A DNA stretch of 63,985 nt, filler included, from Octopus bimaculoides (Eukaryota), in the NCBI RefSeq assembly GCF_001194135.2. It is 5 parts of 5 records of this genome, joined end to end, with 100 filler letters (N's around TTAATTAATTAA, not from the genome) between each part and the next. Parts side by side here need not be neighbours in the genome. Positions count along the whole stretch, not along the records: positions 48,023 to 62,882 come from NC_068994.1; positions 62,983 to 63,985 come from NC_069010.1; 3 more parts are not named here. One strand, given 5' to 3'. The translations under genes were made by a program, and so were the position numbers. The notes below the pieces were generated by a model, which made no database searches, was not told where the DNA came from, and saw nothing but the letters and a program-made list of their open reading frames with translations. Each line of letters opens with the position of its first letter. Position 1 is the stretch's first letter. Of the stretch, positions 51,990 to 63,985 are shown piece by piece.

Positions 51990-52202
51990 GTTTCAAATTT
52001 TGGCACAAGGCCAGAAATTTAGGGAGCAAGGCAGGTAAATTACATTGACCCCAGTGTTCAACTGGTACTTATTTTATCAACCCAGAAAGAATGAAAGGCA
52101 AAGCCAACCGTGGCGAAATTTGAACTCAGAACATGTAGACCTGACGAAATGCTGCTAAGCATTTTGTTTGGTATGCTAATGATTCTGCGAGATCACCGCC
52201 TT
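51990..52202 (-). mobile_element. SINE family 2 (core GACTTTGCCTTTCATCCTTTCGGGGTCGATAAATTAAGTACCAG, resembling the Meta-SINE domain)
   Basis: Copies at about 2925-2988, 3835-4022, 5680-5790, 15770-15950, 16140-16350 and 29313-29458. The sense strand carries the tRNA-like head followed by the core; the domain name is from recall. Confidence 0.7.
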
Positions 52203-52669
52203 TGACATTAGTATATATCAATGTCCTTTATCTCACTTATAGTCTATGTTATAGTAAATACCAGTGCCATAAAATAAAAGCACATATGTCAGCATATATG
52301 TATTTCAAATTACCTAATATGTCTTTACTACAATATAGTTGTTTGCATTTGGCAAACAAAGTACAACTAAAAGATTGATTGAAAATAATTTGAAAATAAA
52401 AATATGTACAAATAGAAATTGGTTTAATTATATTCTCACTTCAAACTCACAACCTCACGATCGTAAGCTTGGCGCTCTAACCACTGAGCCATGCACCTTC
52501 ACATACAGTAATGGCAATTATATAATACAGTTCATTGAAATTGGTAATTTAGTCATTCCTGAATGTAATGATAGTATTGGGAAATCAAGTTATTGAAGTA
52601 TTCATGTTGTGTTAAGAGTGAATATTTCTTAATAAACAATGTTCTTTGTTTTATTTCAGGGTGGATAAG

Positions 52670-53262
52670 CAATAAGATTTGCTTTTGCTCCTACACATGA
52701 TGTTCCTACATAAAGTTGGCCATGTGAACAGCATGGTTCTTCAAGTATTCTTTTAGTGTTTAGCCCTGACTTTTATTAATGCTCATGGCAAAAGAAGCTC
52801 GGATAGGAAACTGTAACCATTTAAATTGGAATGGGGCATTAGATGGTATAACTGGTATGTGAGGAATTAAGACGGTGTCACCTTTACCACAATCAGAGAG
52901 AATACTTGCTTCAATGCAGTTCCTCATAAGTTTGTGCACAATTAGTCTTGTACCATTGCATAATTTTGGTTGAGACAAATTAGGCAGTAGCATAATAGGA
53001 GTCCCTTTTTTCAGCTGAAGACAATGAAGAGCTGTATCTGGTGGTTCTTGTGAGTTAAAAAATTTGATGGGGTAGTTAACACTATCCTGATCATCAACAC
53101 TGTCAATTTAGTTATAAGTGAATACTTCTCCTGGAAGTTTATTCAATGGCATATTATTAATGCTATGAACTGCATCATTTTTTGGAGTCAGGATAGCTCG
53201 ACCACAGATCCAATCTGTATTGTTGGAATTATGAAGATTAGGAAAGATGTGGGTGTTTGTTC
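52670..53262 (-). mobile_element. Helitron PIF1-type helicase C-terminal remnant
   Basis: IFPN...[59 protein letters not shown]; contains stops and frameshifts. Confidence 0.88.
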
Positions 53263-53530
53263 TTTTAGTGAGGGAAAGGGAAATGGATAGACAGGTAGAG
53301 AAGAAAGAAAATCATAGAGATGGTTTCACTTCGCAGAACAAACAAAGGCAGAATCTCTTTGAAGTAGCATGACTGAGAATATAGAGGAGGAGACAGAAAG
53401 AGAATCAGAGATGGTGTCTGGTTTTAGTTTCACTTTGTGGGACAAACTGACAGAATCTCTGGTTTTAGTTTTATTTTGTGGGACAAAAGGACAGAATCTC
53501 TCTATATATAAAGAAGATATATTTGTTTGA

Positions 53531-53746
53531 CTCTTTGGCATTCAGATTACTGTGTCAAATGTAGTACTTATTTATTAACATTGTTTTGAATTAATCATGC
53601 ATTATCTAACAGCTTCAAGACTGATGATGTGCTTGTTTTTAGAATGACATCGTACGGTAGGTGTGAGAGACTAGATATCTAGCCAGTTTGAATGAAAAAC
53701 AGTTAAAATATTTGGGCCAGAGATGGCTGGTTTAAATGCTAAAGGG
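53531..53746 (+). mobile_element. Second piggyBac-type MITE family, older copy
   Basis: Ends CTCTTTGGCATT/AATGCTAAAGGG with decayed TTGA/TTCA flanks; related copies at about 13655-13810 and about 28538-28775 (minus). Confidence 0.6.
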
Positions 53747-54000
53747 TTCATACATTTTTCCTGTCTCTTTTTTGAGAAAACTCTACCAATATGAATACTG
53801 TATAGACATGAAGCTGAACTCTTTGGTGATACTGTCATAGATTGACACTTTTTTTTCCTGATTCTAACATTAAAAATTTCATTCAGAATGGCTGACTGCT
53901 ATAATATGACTTGTGCAGGTTGAACTATGTAAAATGTTAGAGAAAGAAACTAGTTTCTTGCAATGCATAACCAATACATACATCTGTAGCAAAATTTTTT

Positions 54001-54115
54001 CAGGGCTTCTTAAGATGCTATTGCAGATCCCCAATTTACTATTTCACAGTGTAAACCCCACCAAAATCTTATATGGACCCTCAGGGGCCATGTGCATCCC
54101 AGTTGAGAACCACTG
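54001..54115. mobile_element. Possible hAT/Charlie-type MITE
   Basis: Right end reads CAGTGGTTCTCAAC on the minus strand; left end CAGGGCTTCTTAA (10/13 match); no TSD found. Confidence 0.35.
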
Positions 54116-57100
54116 GTCGAACCCATGCAAACATAGAAAAACATGTAAAACAATGAAAAAGATATATTCAGATAGTGGATTTTTCTCTGATAATGTTATT
54201 TGAGGCATTGTTTTACAGCTGGCTTGCTGACACAAACCCTCACCAAGTAAGGAGTCAGTTATTCCACATGGCTTGATGTACAACTATGCTGCTGTTAGAG
54301 TACCACACATGTACTATATTAGTTAGAATACCATACATGTATTGTATTGTGTTAGCTATGGACATATACACTGCAAGTACTTTATTTAATCATCCCCTCA
54401 AAAGAAGAAAAACAAAGATTACCATGACAGGATTTGAACTCAGAGTATAAAGGATTCTAGCTAAACCACCAGATAGCATTCTTTTGTCTGTCACTCCACA
54501 ACTCTTCTACAGTAAATAAGCAAATGTTAATACTTCTAAAAACAAATACAACAGTACAGAAATATTGAAGAAAGAAAATAAAGAACACAAAGATAACTTA
54601 GAACTTTATTTACAGATGTAACAGGATATAACCAAATATCAGTTTCCTTTTTCTTTTAGAACATGACACACATTGGTACTGTTAAAGGAGACTAAATTAT
54701 CATGTACCTGCAAGAGGGTGTTTTAAAGTCTGTTTGTGTTTATTTGTTTAGACACTTGCTGTGTGGTTCTTTGTTTGATCTCACTGCACAGAAAATTAGG
54801 CAAGCATTTTTTGTACCAAAGAAGACTTGAACTGACCCAAGAATGAGTAAAATTGGGTACATGGAGTCCATTTGAGGCATTGTATTAGTAATTCAAACAG
54901 CCAGCTATCTCATACTGATGATTATGTAAAATGTACAAGTTTCCATGGAATTAATATTCAGTCATTTATACTACAATGCCATGAATAGGAATTGGTTGAA
55001 TGATTAGAATTCTGAGACTGCCAAAGGAGAAATTATTCAGTTATGGTCGTCATGTGGAAGGTTAAAATTAAGGAGGGATGAAGGGCTGTCTATGTTGCTT
55101 TCCTTGTTTGCATAGATGAAGATTTGTTTATATGGCTAGCAATAATATAACCATCTCTTAGCTTTTTAACCACTGGCTACATTGCTGGAGGTGATAATAT
55201 TACATTTTTACATTTCTTCAATACTATATCCATTGGAAGAGCTTGTATTTTTCTTCACCTTTGGCTTCCACTTAGCATTTAGTGTTTTTACCTCTGGTCC
55301 CAGAAGCTGTGGCACGTTTTGATAAGTGAACTAAACTTGGCGAGGGTAGCTGATGAATTACACAACTCTTGGTTGAGTTAGAGCATGTGAAGACTGAGGC
55401 AGATCAAGCAGACGAGAACAGTGGGCTTCATGGGTTAAAAAAAGAAATAACAAAAAGCTTCAGCAAGCATTGTAGAGTGCTAAGAGCATGACAAGATATT
55501 ACAAAAATCTTGGTAACCCACAGTATCCAGATCTACTACCATGTCTCTAAATTGCAACTTGAATGAGAGTTTGATGTTGCCCAAAGTTCCTGCACTTAAA
55601 TCCAATTCATGTACAAACACCATGTGATGACACTGCCATTATCCTATGCATCAACAAAGGATGATTGATTTCTGACATTATATTAACAATTTCCTCAATA
55701 AGTACATAGTCAACAAGAGCTTTCTCAATCAAAGTAGATATACTGAGTATTGTTGAAGCTTTAATAGTACATTCAAAGATGTGTCACAATCATAAAACAT
55801 ACCTTTTTGCTATGATTTTTCTGTTATTTTTAAGTGTAAAACAAGGAATTGGTGGAATTGTTTGTCATATTGGATTAGAATGTATGAAGAAATGGTTGTC
55901 TGCAGTCAACTGATATAGTTGTGTTCCGATACAAATACTGATTTCTTTCATATATTCAAAGGTTTCAAACTCTGAGGAAAGATGTTTGACTTCAGTACTT
56001 AGTTGCTGCTCCTTTTAACAGTGGAAAGATGAAAAGACAAAGTTGGCCTTGGTATGTAAATGAACGTAACTAAATAATGTAAGGTATCGTTGTGTCCTTC
56101 ACTTCACTGACTTTACCATTCTCCATCATGATTCCATATTACATATAAACAGCATTAGCAAAATTTCATGTCATTCTGAGCAGACGGTTGTAATGTGGAA
56201 GGTTAAAATTAAGGAGAGATGATGGTCTGTCTATGTTGCTTTCCTTGTTTGCATAGATGAGGATCATATGGCTAGCAAAAAATAACCATCTCTTAGCTTT
56301 TTAACTACTGGCTATGTTATAAGAGGTGATATTACATTTTTACATTTGTTCAATACTATAGCCAGAGTTTTTAACATTAGAAGAACTTGTATTTTTCTCC
56401 ATTTTTAGCCTCTACTTAGCATTTAGTGTTTACGTCTGGTTGCAAAAGCTGTAGCATGCTTTGATAGGTGAACTAAACTTGGATAGGATAGATGTTAGAT
56501 CGTACAACTCTTGGTTGAGTTAGAGCAGGTTTATCTGATCATGTGAAAACTGAGGTAGATCGAGCAGACAAGAATAAAAGTGGACCACATGGTTAAAAAA
56601 AAAAAAAGCTTTAGTAAGCATTGTAGAATGCTAAGAGCATGATAAGATATTACAATCTTGCTAACCAACTGTATCCAAACCTACCCTCAATCATTTAGCA
56701 GTGAGTTCATTTTTTTGATTACATATATTTCATTGTCCATAGGAACAAACATTTTTATGACATCAAGGGATAGAAATATAGGCATCAACATAAAAGTTCA
56801 GTAACTACTTGTCTCAATTAGTCATTAGTCTCGTTATCAGTGATCTGATCTCTGATCATCACTATGTGTCGTACATTATACCAGACTAGATTGAAACAAA
56901 AGATCTTTGTTCCTAAGGCCGATAACATTTGTATTCACCAGGAAACTGACACATAAACACATTTATACGAATATTACACTTAGATTAACGAATAAGAAAT
57001 ACAGGCATGGGTGTGTGGTTAAGAAGTTTGCTTCCAAGCCACTTGGTTTCGGGTTCTATCCCAATGTGTGGCACGTTGGGTGTCTTCCACTGTGGTCCTG

Positions 57101-58024
57101 GACCAACCAAAGCCCTGTGAGTGAATTTGATAAACAGAAACCAAAAGAACACTGTCGTGTGTGTGTGTGTCATTGTCTTGGCATCACACAATGGCTATAA
57201 ATGAGCAATACCCTCATTCAAGCAGTCTCCCAGGAAAGCATGTCCAACCATAGAGAAATATTAGCTTGCTTGGAAACGGATGAGGGTTAGCAACAGGAAA
57301 AGCATCTGGCCATAGAAAATCTGCATCAACAAATTGTCCTATGCATATGCAAGCATGGCATCATGGACATTAAAATCATGACAATCCTTGATAAAGATCA
57401 TTAATCAATCCAACTGAAGTATAAGTGCATGTATAAACATTAGAGCAAAAACAAAACAAAACAACAAAAAGTACTCTTTTCTCTCCCCAAACAAGAAGTT
57501 GATTGTCTAATTCATAAACTTATTTCAGAACTTTAAAATGTCTTGTTGTGTAGGTATAATATAATGTGATATTTCAGGCTTTGAACACAGAATTAATGAT
57601 ATAAATTCCCATATATATTTAAAATGTCTTTTTTCTTCCATAATCAAATAGTGACTCCTTCTACAGCTACATGGCTCCTCAGTGGTATGTGGTCTAATAA
57701 GTTCTCAGAAAGACACACACCCCCAGACTGTGTTAAAAATGAGTTTGTTCTTACTTGATCTTTGATGCATTTTCATTTTGTTTCCAGGAAAACTTTCAAC
57801 AAGTCTTTATAAAGCTGTATAACCGAACTAATAAGAAAAAGTAGTACAGTTAGTGGAAAAAAGAAAAAAAAAATCATTACACACTTCATAAAATGAAAAA
57901 AATGTTTTGCTGTGACAACTTGTGTTTTCAAGCAGATCCAAAATCCGAAAGGCAACCAATGAAATAATCACTGATCTATACCATTTCTGGTGAATGATCA
58001 AGTAAAAGAAAGTCATAGAAACCA

Positions 58025-58897
58025 TCAGTGATTTCGCTTTTTATGGTTGGTCAAGGATTTTTTTTTAGTAAAGGATTTATTACAGAGTGAACAGCTGTAG
58101 GTATTCCTTGAATGTAAAGTTTGGTGCCTCTTTAAGTGATCCTTTTTCGAAAATGACTTATTGCATACATCACAGCTGAAGGGTCTGTGGCCTGTGTGTG
58201 TTTTTTTGTGCCTTACTAGAATACTCATTTTATTAAATGTCTTGCTACAAATTATACACTCGTAGGCATTTTCCCCTGTATGTACTCTACCATGCTCCAA
58301 CAGTTTACAACTTTCAGAGAATGATTTGCTACAAATTTTACACAGATATTCATTCTCGCTATTGTGCAACACTTTATGCTGAGTTAAGGCACCATACTGA
58401 GCAAAAGTTTTACCACAAATTTCACAGCAGTAAGGTTCTTCACCAAAGTGTACACGAATGTGTTTCATTAATGATTTTTTGGCTAAGAAGAATTTTCCAC
58501 AGTCTAAACAGTGATGGTATCCTTTACCAACATGTGAGCGACTGTGTTCAATCAAGCGTAAATCAGTTTCAAACGATTCTTCACACACTTCACAGCAATA
58601 AATCTGGCCGGATATTTCATTATTCTTAGATTGGCAACCACAGTCAGACAAAGATTTACCACAATCTCCACACTTGGAAGTTCCTTGCTCAATCCCCACT
58701 TTCATGTGTTCCATTAATGGTGTCCTTTTTTTGTGTATTTCAATGTGTACAGATAAAGCCAAATTTGTTGAGAAAGATTTCCCACATATTTCACATTGAA
58801 ATAGTATCTCATCCTTGGGTGCATTTTCATCATCAATTGAAATCATTTCACATTTATTTCGGTCATATGAAAAACCAATTTCTTGGTTAAATTTCAT
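58025..58897 (-). CDS. C2H2 zinc-finger protein, 290 aa, 8 intact fingers plus 1 degenerate
   Basis: Eight CxxC...HxxxH units with mostly non-canonical linkers; tttttggttcag acceptor about 20 nt upstream of the ATG (exon start 58917). Confidence 0.88.
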   Translation of the reverse strand: MKFNQEIGFSYDRNKCEMISIDDENAPKDEILFQCEICGKSFSTNLALSVHIEIHKKRTPLMEHMKVGIEQGTSKCGDCGKSLSDCGCQSKNNEISGQIYCCEVCEESFETDLRLIEHSRSHVGKGYHHCLDCGKFFLAKKSLMKHIRVHFGEEPYCCEICGKTFAQYGALTQHKVLHNSENEYLCKICSKSFSESCKLLEHGRVHTGENAYECIICSKTFNKMSILVRHKKTHTGHRPFSCDVCNKSFSKKDHLKRHQTLHSRNTYSCSLCNKSFTKKKSLTNHKKRNH

Positions 58898-61800
58898 TTT
58901 TTTAAATATGTTATAACCTGAACCAAAAACATCCTTTATCTCATCATTCTGAGTATTTCTCCTCGCTTAGCTGTTTGTGTTTTATAAAAGAAATATATTT
59001 GTAAAAGTATGCCTTTATTGCATGCTTATCAGAAATCTAACCTCTATTATTTGATGTTCTTCTCCACATACAGATATATCTTAAAACAAATCTTTTAGGC
59101 AAAGCGTCCCTCCATATTTAGTTGGTGTAAATTCATCCAAATTAACTTTGTCGTCAGTGAATCAGTTGTTTCCATGAAGTGATAATGGTTATATTTTACT
59201 AAATAAAATAACTTCCATTTCGATTGTAAGCCACCGGGGCTAATCTTATCTGGTAAAGTGTCCTGAAGAAAGAATTAAAAATAAATAAACCAACAAAAAT
59301 GTACGAACTTTAGTTTCAATGGTATAAAGAAAGCATCTTACCGAAAGGTAAATCGGATGACGTATAGAATATGTTAGCAAGGATTTACAACTATTCTTTA
59401 TGAAATAAGTGGACGAAGAACATGCAAGGAAAACAGAAAGCTATATAGACTAAATACACAACCTTTGATAAAACTGTGAGATTAGGGATTAAACAATAGT
59501 TCAATTAATGCGGCCTTCAAACACGGAAAGATTGCTGCCTCTGAATTAAAGTGACCTGTTCCCCAATTCTCCTCCTCCTGCTGTGTCAAATGACCGACAT
59601 ACTGACCCCGTCAGCTCTATTAAATCTCAACAAGCAGCGAAGACAATAAATAAAACATTCCGGTACACTTGAATAAAGATGTCCACCCGTTTGGTTTCGA
59701 AATACTGAGCCGTCCTACACATTAAAATAACTTTTGTTTGTTTAAGGAACAATATATTTGCGAATAAAAAACGTAAAGATAACTATATTAAGCTTTTTAA
59801 TCCAATTAATTATGATAAAGTAATTTTTTTCATTCATTCGATTGTAATAGGCTCCTTAGTGTCACTAACCTTTTCCAAGTTTTGTCGGCAAAAATTAGAT
59901 TTAAAAAATACAGTAAGCAAAAAAAAAAAACAACCCACAAACTCCTCTAACTTTAAATTATACACAGACAAAAAAAATGTTACTTTGAATGGAAGCCACA
60001 GTTTTTTCGTATTATTAAAAAAGTTTTGAAGGTAAATCCTTAAGGTTTTCCACAAGGATTATTTCTTGAATCAACGGTATGCATTTGAAAGAATAATAAA
60101 AAAAAAAGAAAGCACATTAGATAATCTCACACTTACAGATTATTAAATACAATAATTACTTCATAATTTCGTTGTACATTTCATGATATAAGTCTTCGAT
60201 TTCTATCTTCCATTCACAACTGGAATCTTCAGTAGTTTGATCTAAGTTACAAGACAACCTGTACAACCGGTCCGCTTTGTAAATTATTTACATCCACATT
60301 TGAACGCAAAATAATTTGGTCTAATATTCCAAATACTAACCTATAACAGAGAAGTTATTTATTTTAATAAAATAAACCTTAATACAAAAATATCTTCGTT
60401 AATTAAAAAAAAACCAATTAAAACACATGGCATGTATTTTGTAAGAAATATGGCCACGAAAGGGTTAATCGCAGTAGAAGATGATTCAGAATTTGATGAA
60501 TAAAAGACAAACGCACGACCAATATGTAAATAATTTCTTCTTGATTTCTTCCCCAGGCCATAGTCGTTTAAGTATAGTTTTAGTAGAATACTTACAATGA
60601 AAACACAAAGCATCAATGTGACTATATTCATCCAGTGTCAAACAACAAAAAGAAACATTGTTAAACAATTAATTACAATGAGAAAGAGCAATGTATTACT
60701 GCCACAACATCTTTGGATGTAAAATATAATAGAAACGTAATCTGAGTATCTTGTTTTTTTCTTTTTTTTAAATGATACTTACATAGAAAGAATAATGCAT
60801 CAGTACCGATGCTTGTTCCCAATAATCCGTAGGATTTTTGTATAAAAACGGAATGACATGGATACAGCCAGACCAAACTAACTGATAGACTTAGATGTCT
60901 ATAAACAAACTCATCTCAGTGGTCACTCGATCTGCCAGAAATAGAAGCCAAATTTCCTCGCAGAAAAAGGGCGACAAAAACCATTAAGTACTTTAAAAAT
61001 GTGAGTCCCAAAGCCTTGTGAGTGGATTTGGTAAACGGAAAGTCAAAATAACATGTGTGTGTGTGCACGTGTTTGTGTTTACCCACCACCACCGTTTAAC
61101 AACCGGTATTGGTTTGTTTATGTCTCCGTAACTTAGCGATTTGGCAAAAAGAGACGATAGAATAAGTACCAGGCTTAAAAAATAAAAGATTACCAAACTA
61201 AATACTGGGATCGATTTGCTTGACTAAAATTCTTCAAGTCGGTGTCCCAGCATGGCCGCAGTCTAATAACTGAAACAAGTGAAAGATAAAAGGAAAAGAA
61301 AATATCTATCTATCTAACAGCACCAGCAACAACAAATATATATATACACACACACACACACAAAGACAAGCTGAAGGTTTCGGCCATAAAGTTTTTTAAT
61401 CATAGGCTGACCTGGGACTAAGCGACAACATTTACCAAATATGAGAAAAGAACACATTACATATGTATACGTATAAAAGGTACAATAGAGATACAATTAG
61501 GGAACCTATACAGACATGGTCAGTCACTTAACTCGCTAGCAGCCAAATCACATTCTTCACATGGTTATAGGTGCACTTAAAAAAAAAGACGAGATGGTCA
61601 CGGTTGAAATGCGTGTGAATATAAGTTTGTTCAGTTCGGGCTGATATGAGATACGTCGTAACTACGCGCACACATAAAAGTTTGGTAACAACTAGGTAGA
61701 TTTTTAGAAGATAAATATGCTTTTTTGCCCAATTTAAGTTAATGATAGAGTGGGGGAGAGTTTAAATATGTGTAATGAAAAAAATATCAACTTTTATGGT

Positions 61801-62328
61801 ATAAAATTAAATTAGAAACAAATCGTAATAGGGTCAGAAAATGATTTTTAAAAAAATAATGTTAAATAAATATGACAATCTTTGGTTTTAGGTATTTATA
61901 ACTGTGGGATTGACTGATAACCAAAGAACACGATAAGAGGGACAGAATCCGAAAGCAGAACAGGAGCGAGGGAATGAATGAGAGAACAAGAAATAGAAGA
62001 ATAGAAGCAGAATGTCAGCGTGAATGTTCTAAAAATAAAATCTAAGCTTGGTAGGATATTGGAAAAGAGAACACATTAGAAAACAGTAGAGAACACGCTC
62101 TCAACCAAATAAATATACGTAGTATTTTTTTTTTTCGTGGTGGAATGGGGAGAAGCAGGGCTGGATTAAGGCCCATGAAGGCCCTAAACACTTAAAATAT
62201 TTTGGTGCTCCCATATCAATATAATTCAAAATATAAAGAATAGTTAACCATAAAATGAATTACTTTTCGAAATGAAACAAAAGTAACAGTAAGATGGAAA
62301 ATTTCTTTATTTTCATATATAACATTAG

Positions 62329-62392
62329 GGTACTACTAAAGCAGCGCGGACCCGAACGCGCAGTCGCGCGTCCGCGCTGCTTTAGTAGTACC
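62329..62392. mobile_element. 64-bp palindromic MITE with 9-bp TSD (Mutator-like)
   Basis: Perfect 23-bp TIR GGTACTACTAAAGCAGCGCGGAC, 18-bp spacer, flanked by the TAACATTAG direct repeat. Confidence 0.8.
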
Positions 62393-62882
62393 TAACATTA
62401 GACTTTTTTTCACTTTATCTAGTTACAGCTCATGAGCTGTGGCCATGCTGGGGCACCGCCATTAAAATGTATAGGAAAGTTGGTTATACATCATCAGATG
62501 TATACCTGACTTTCCTATATAAAATTAATGAATATAACAGAACGCTGAACTCCAGACTATCAACTTAAACAACATTTATTCAGGTGGTAAATATATACAT
62601 CTTTAGCTCTTGTTGTTACAGCTTCTGTGTGTGTGAGCATAGTTGTTGGGACGTTGTTATGTAGATGTAAGCGAGCTGTCGAGTGTAAGTCCGAAAGATG
62701 GAGAGTGACAGCTAAACACGTAAAGAGACTGTCTCCAGAGTTGGAATGTTGCACAGAGACACTGCTTGACACGTCCATGCTCATGGCCGGCCGACCGAGA
62801 AAGAGATAGAATTAAGCGGGAAAGCTTGCTTGTTTAATTCCACGCATACGTGAGACTACGCATGCGCACGGCGTTACTACAA

Positions 62883-62982
62883 NNNNNNNNNNNNNNNNNN
62901 NNNNNNNNNNNNNNNNNNNNNNNNNNTTAATTAATTAANNNNNNNNNNNNNNNNNNNNNNNNNNNNNNNNNNNNNNNNNNNN
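62883..62982. other. Artificial scaffold-joining spacer
   Basis: Identical 100-bp structure. Confidence 0.97.
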
Positions 62983-63135
62983 AAAAAAAAACAACAGACA
63001 GTCCCTGTCATTGTATAACATACACACTCTATCATTGTGTGATGGATTCTGAGTTTTCGTTTCTTTTTAGGGTTGTTATACTCAACGCGAATTCCTGCAA
63101 CAACCGAGAGATTTACTGCAAACATAAATGAATAA

Positions 63136-63166
<31 letters not shown>

Positions 63167-63457
63167 AATATATAAACAAATAAATAAATGTATAAACAAA
63201 TAAATAAATAAAACAGCAGCTATTCAACATCTGGCGTTTGGCATATTTCTTTTATAGGCGTAGGTACGCCTGTGTGGTAAGAAGCTTGCTTCCCACCCGA
63301 ATTGGTTTTGGGTTCAGTCCCATTGCAGGGCACCTTGGGCAAGTGTCTTCTACTATAGCCTTGAACCAACTAAAATTTGGTGAAAGGATTTGGTTGACAG
63401 AAACGGAAAGAAGACCGTCGTATATACCTACACACACACATATATGTATTTATGTGT

Positions 63458-63496
<39 letters not shown>

Positions 63497-63985
63497 ACTA
63501 TAATAAGTATTACTTATCTTAATGGACAAAAGAAAGATTCTAATTGTGTACTCGATCTTGTAGTAGTAAATAGTCAGAGATATGGTAATGTTACAGAGAA
63601 GTGAAAGTTGCAGAGTGTGGCACGTTGTGTCTCACAGTTGTCTCGTTGTAACCTTCTTTCTCTCTCTGGTCGTTTTGTCTTTAGTGGCTGCCTGCTTGTG
63701 ACTATATCTCTAGATGTCCGTTAACTAATTAATTGAGTTGTCACAAGCTGCTTCGCTCTGTTGTCGCCAAGTGACTACTGCAGTTTTGCTTGGGGTCTCT
63801 TGTTTTTATAACTATCTAGAAGGATAGATATATTATTGAGAACAATGGATTCAGTTGGTGGTCTTGTTATCTCTATTCTAGATTTTGGTGATGTAGCAGA
63901 GGTTAGAAAGGGTCAAGTGGTGAAGACATTGTTTCGGCCTAGCTAAAGGCATCTGGAAAATATTAAACTGCTGTCAGAAAAAAAC

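Noticed and set aside
55625-55676. GTGATGA...CTGA box C/D snoRNA-like pair
   Set aside because: Only about 52 nt, no proper terminal stem and no recognisable rRNA guide.

Overview
Eukaryotic (animal) genomic DNA, very rich in microsatellites and SINEs. The repeat content and single-exon C2H2 zinc-finger genes suggest a coleoid cephalopod, probably Octopus; this is an inference. The window is not contiguous. Four identical 100-bp artificial spacers (44 N + TTAATTAATTAA + 44 N) join five unrelated pieces: 1-11078, 11179-37529, 37630-47922, 48023-62882 and 62983-63985. Genes found: (i) two tandem, intact paralogous large N-terminal exons of an OATP/SLCO transporter, with no downstream exons visible between them; (ii) seven minus-strand exons of an INPP5A-type inositol 5-phosphatase, invisible in the ORF track but splicing into one 167-codon frame; (iii) two convergent C2H2 zinc-finger ORFs. 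Mobile elements: R4/Dong-like, RTE-like and Tx1/L1-like LINE remnants, mariner remnants, a Helitron helicase remnant, piggyBac-, Tc1- and Mutator-type MITEs, and several tRNA-derived SINE families. Best leads: the possible variable-first-exon SLCO array with replacement changes concentrated in the transmembrane helices, and two repeat families carrying minimal hammerhead-ribozyme cores, one with a tRNA-like Pol III head and head-to-head inverted copies. No CRISPR array, rRNA or authentic tRNA gene was seen. All alignments and folds were done by eye.
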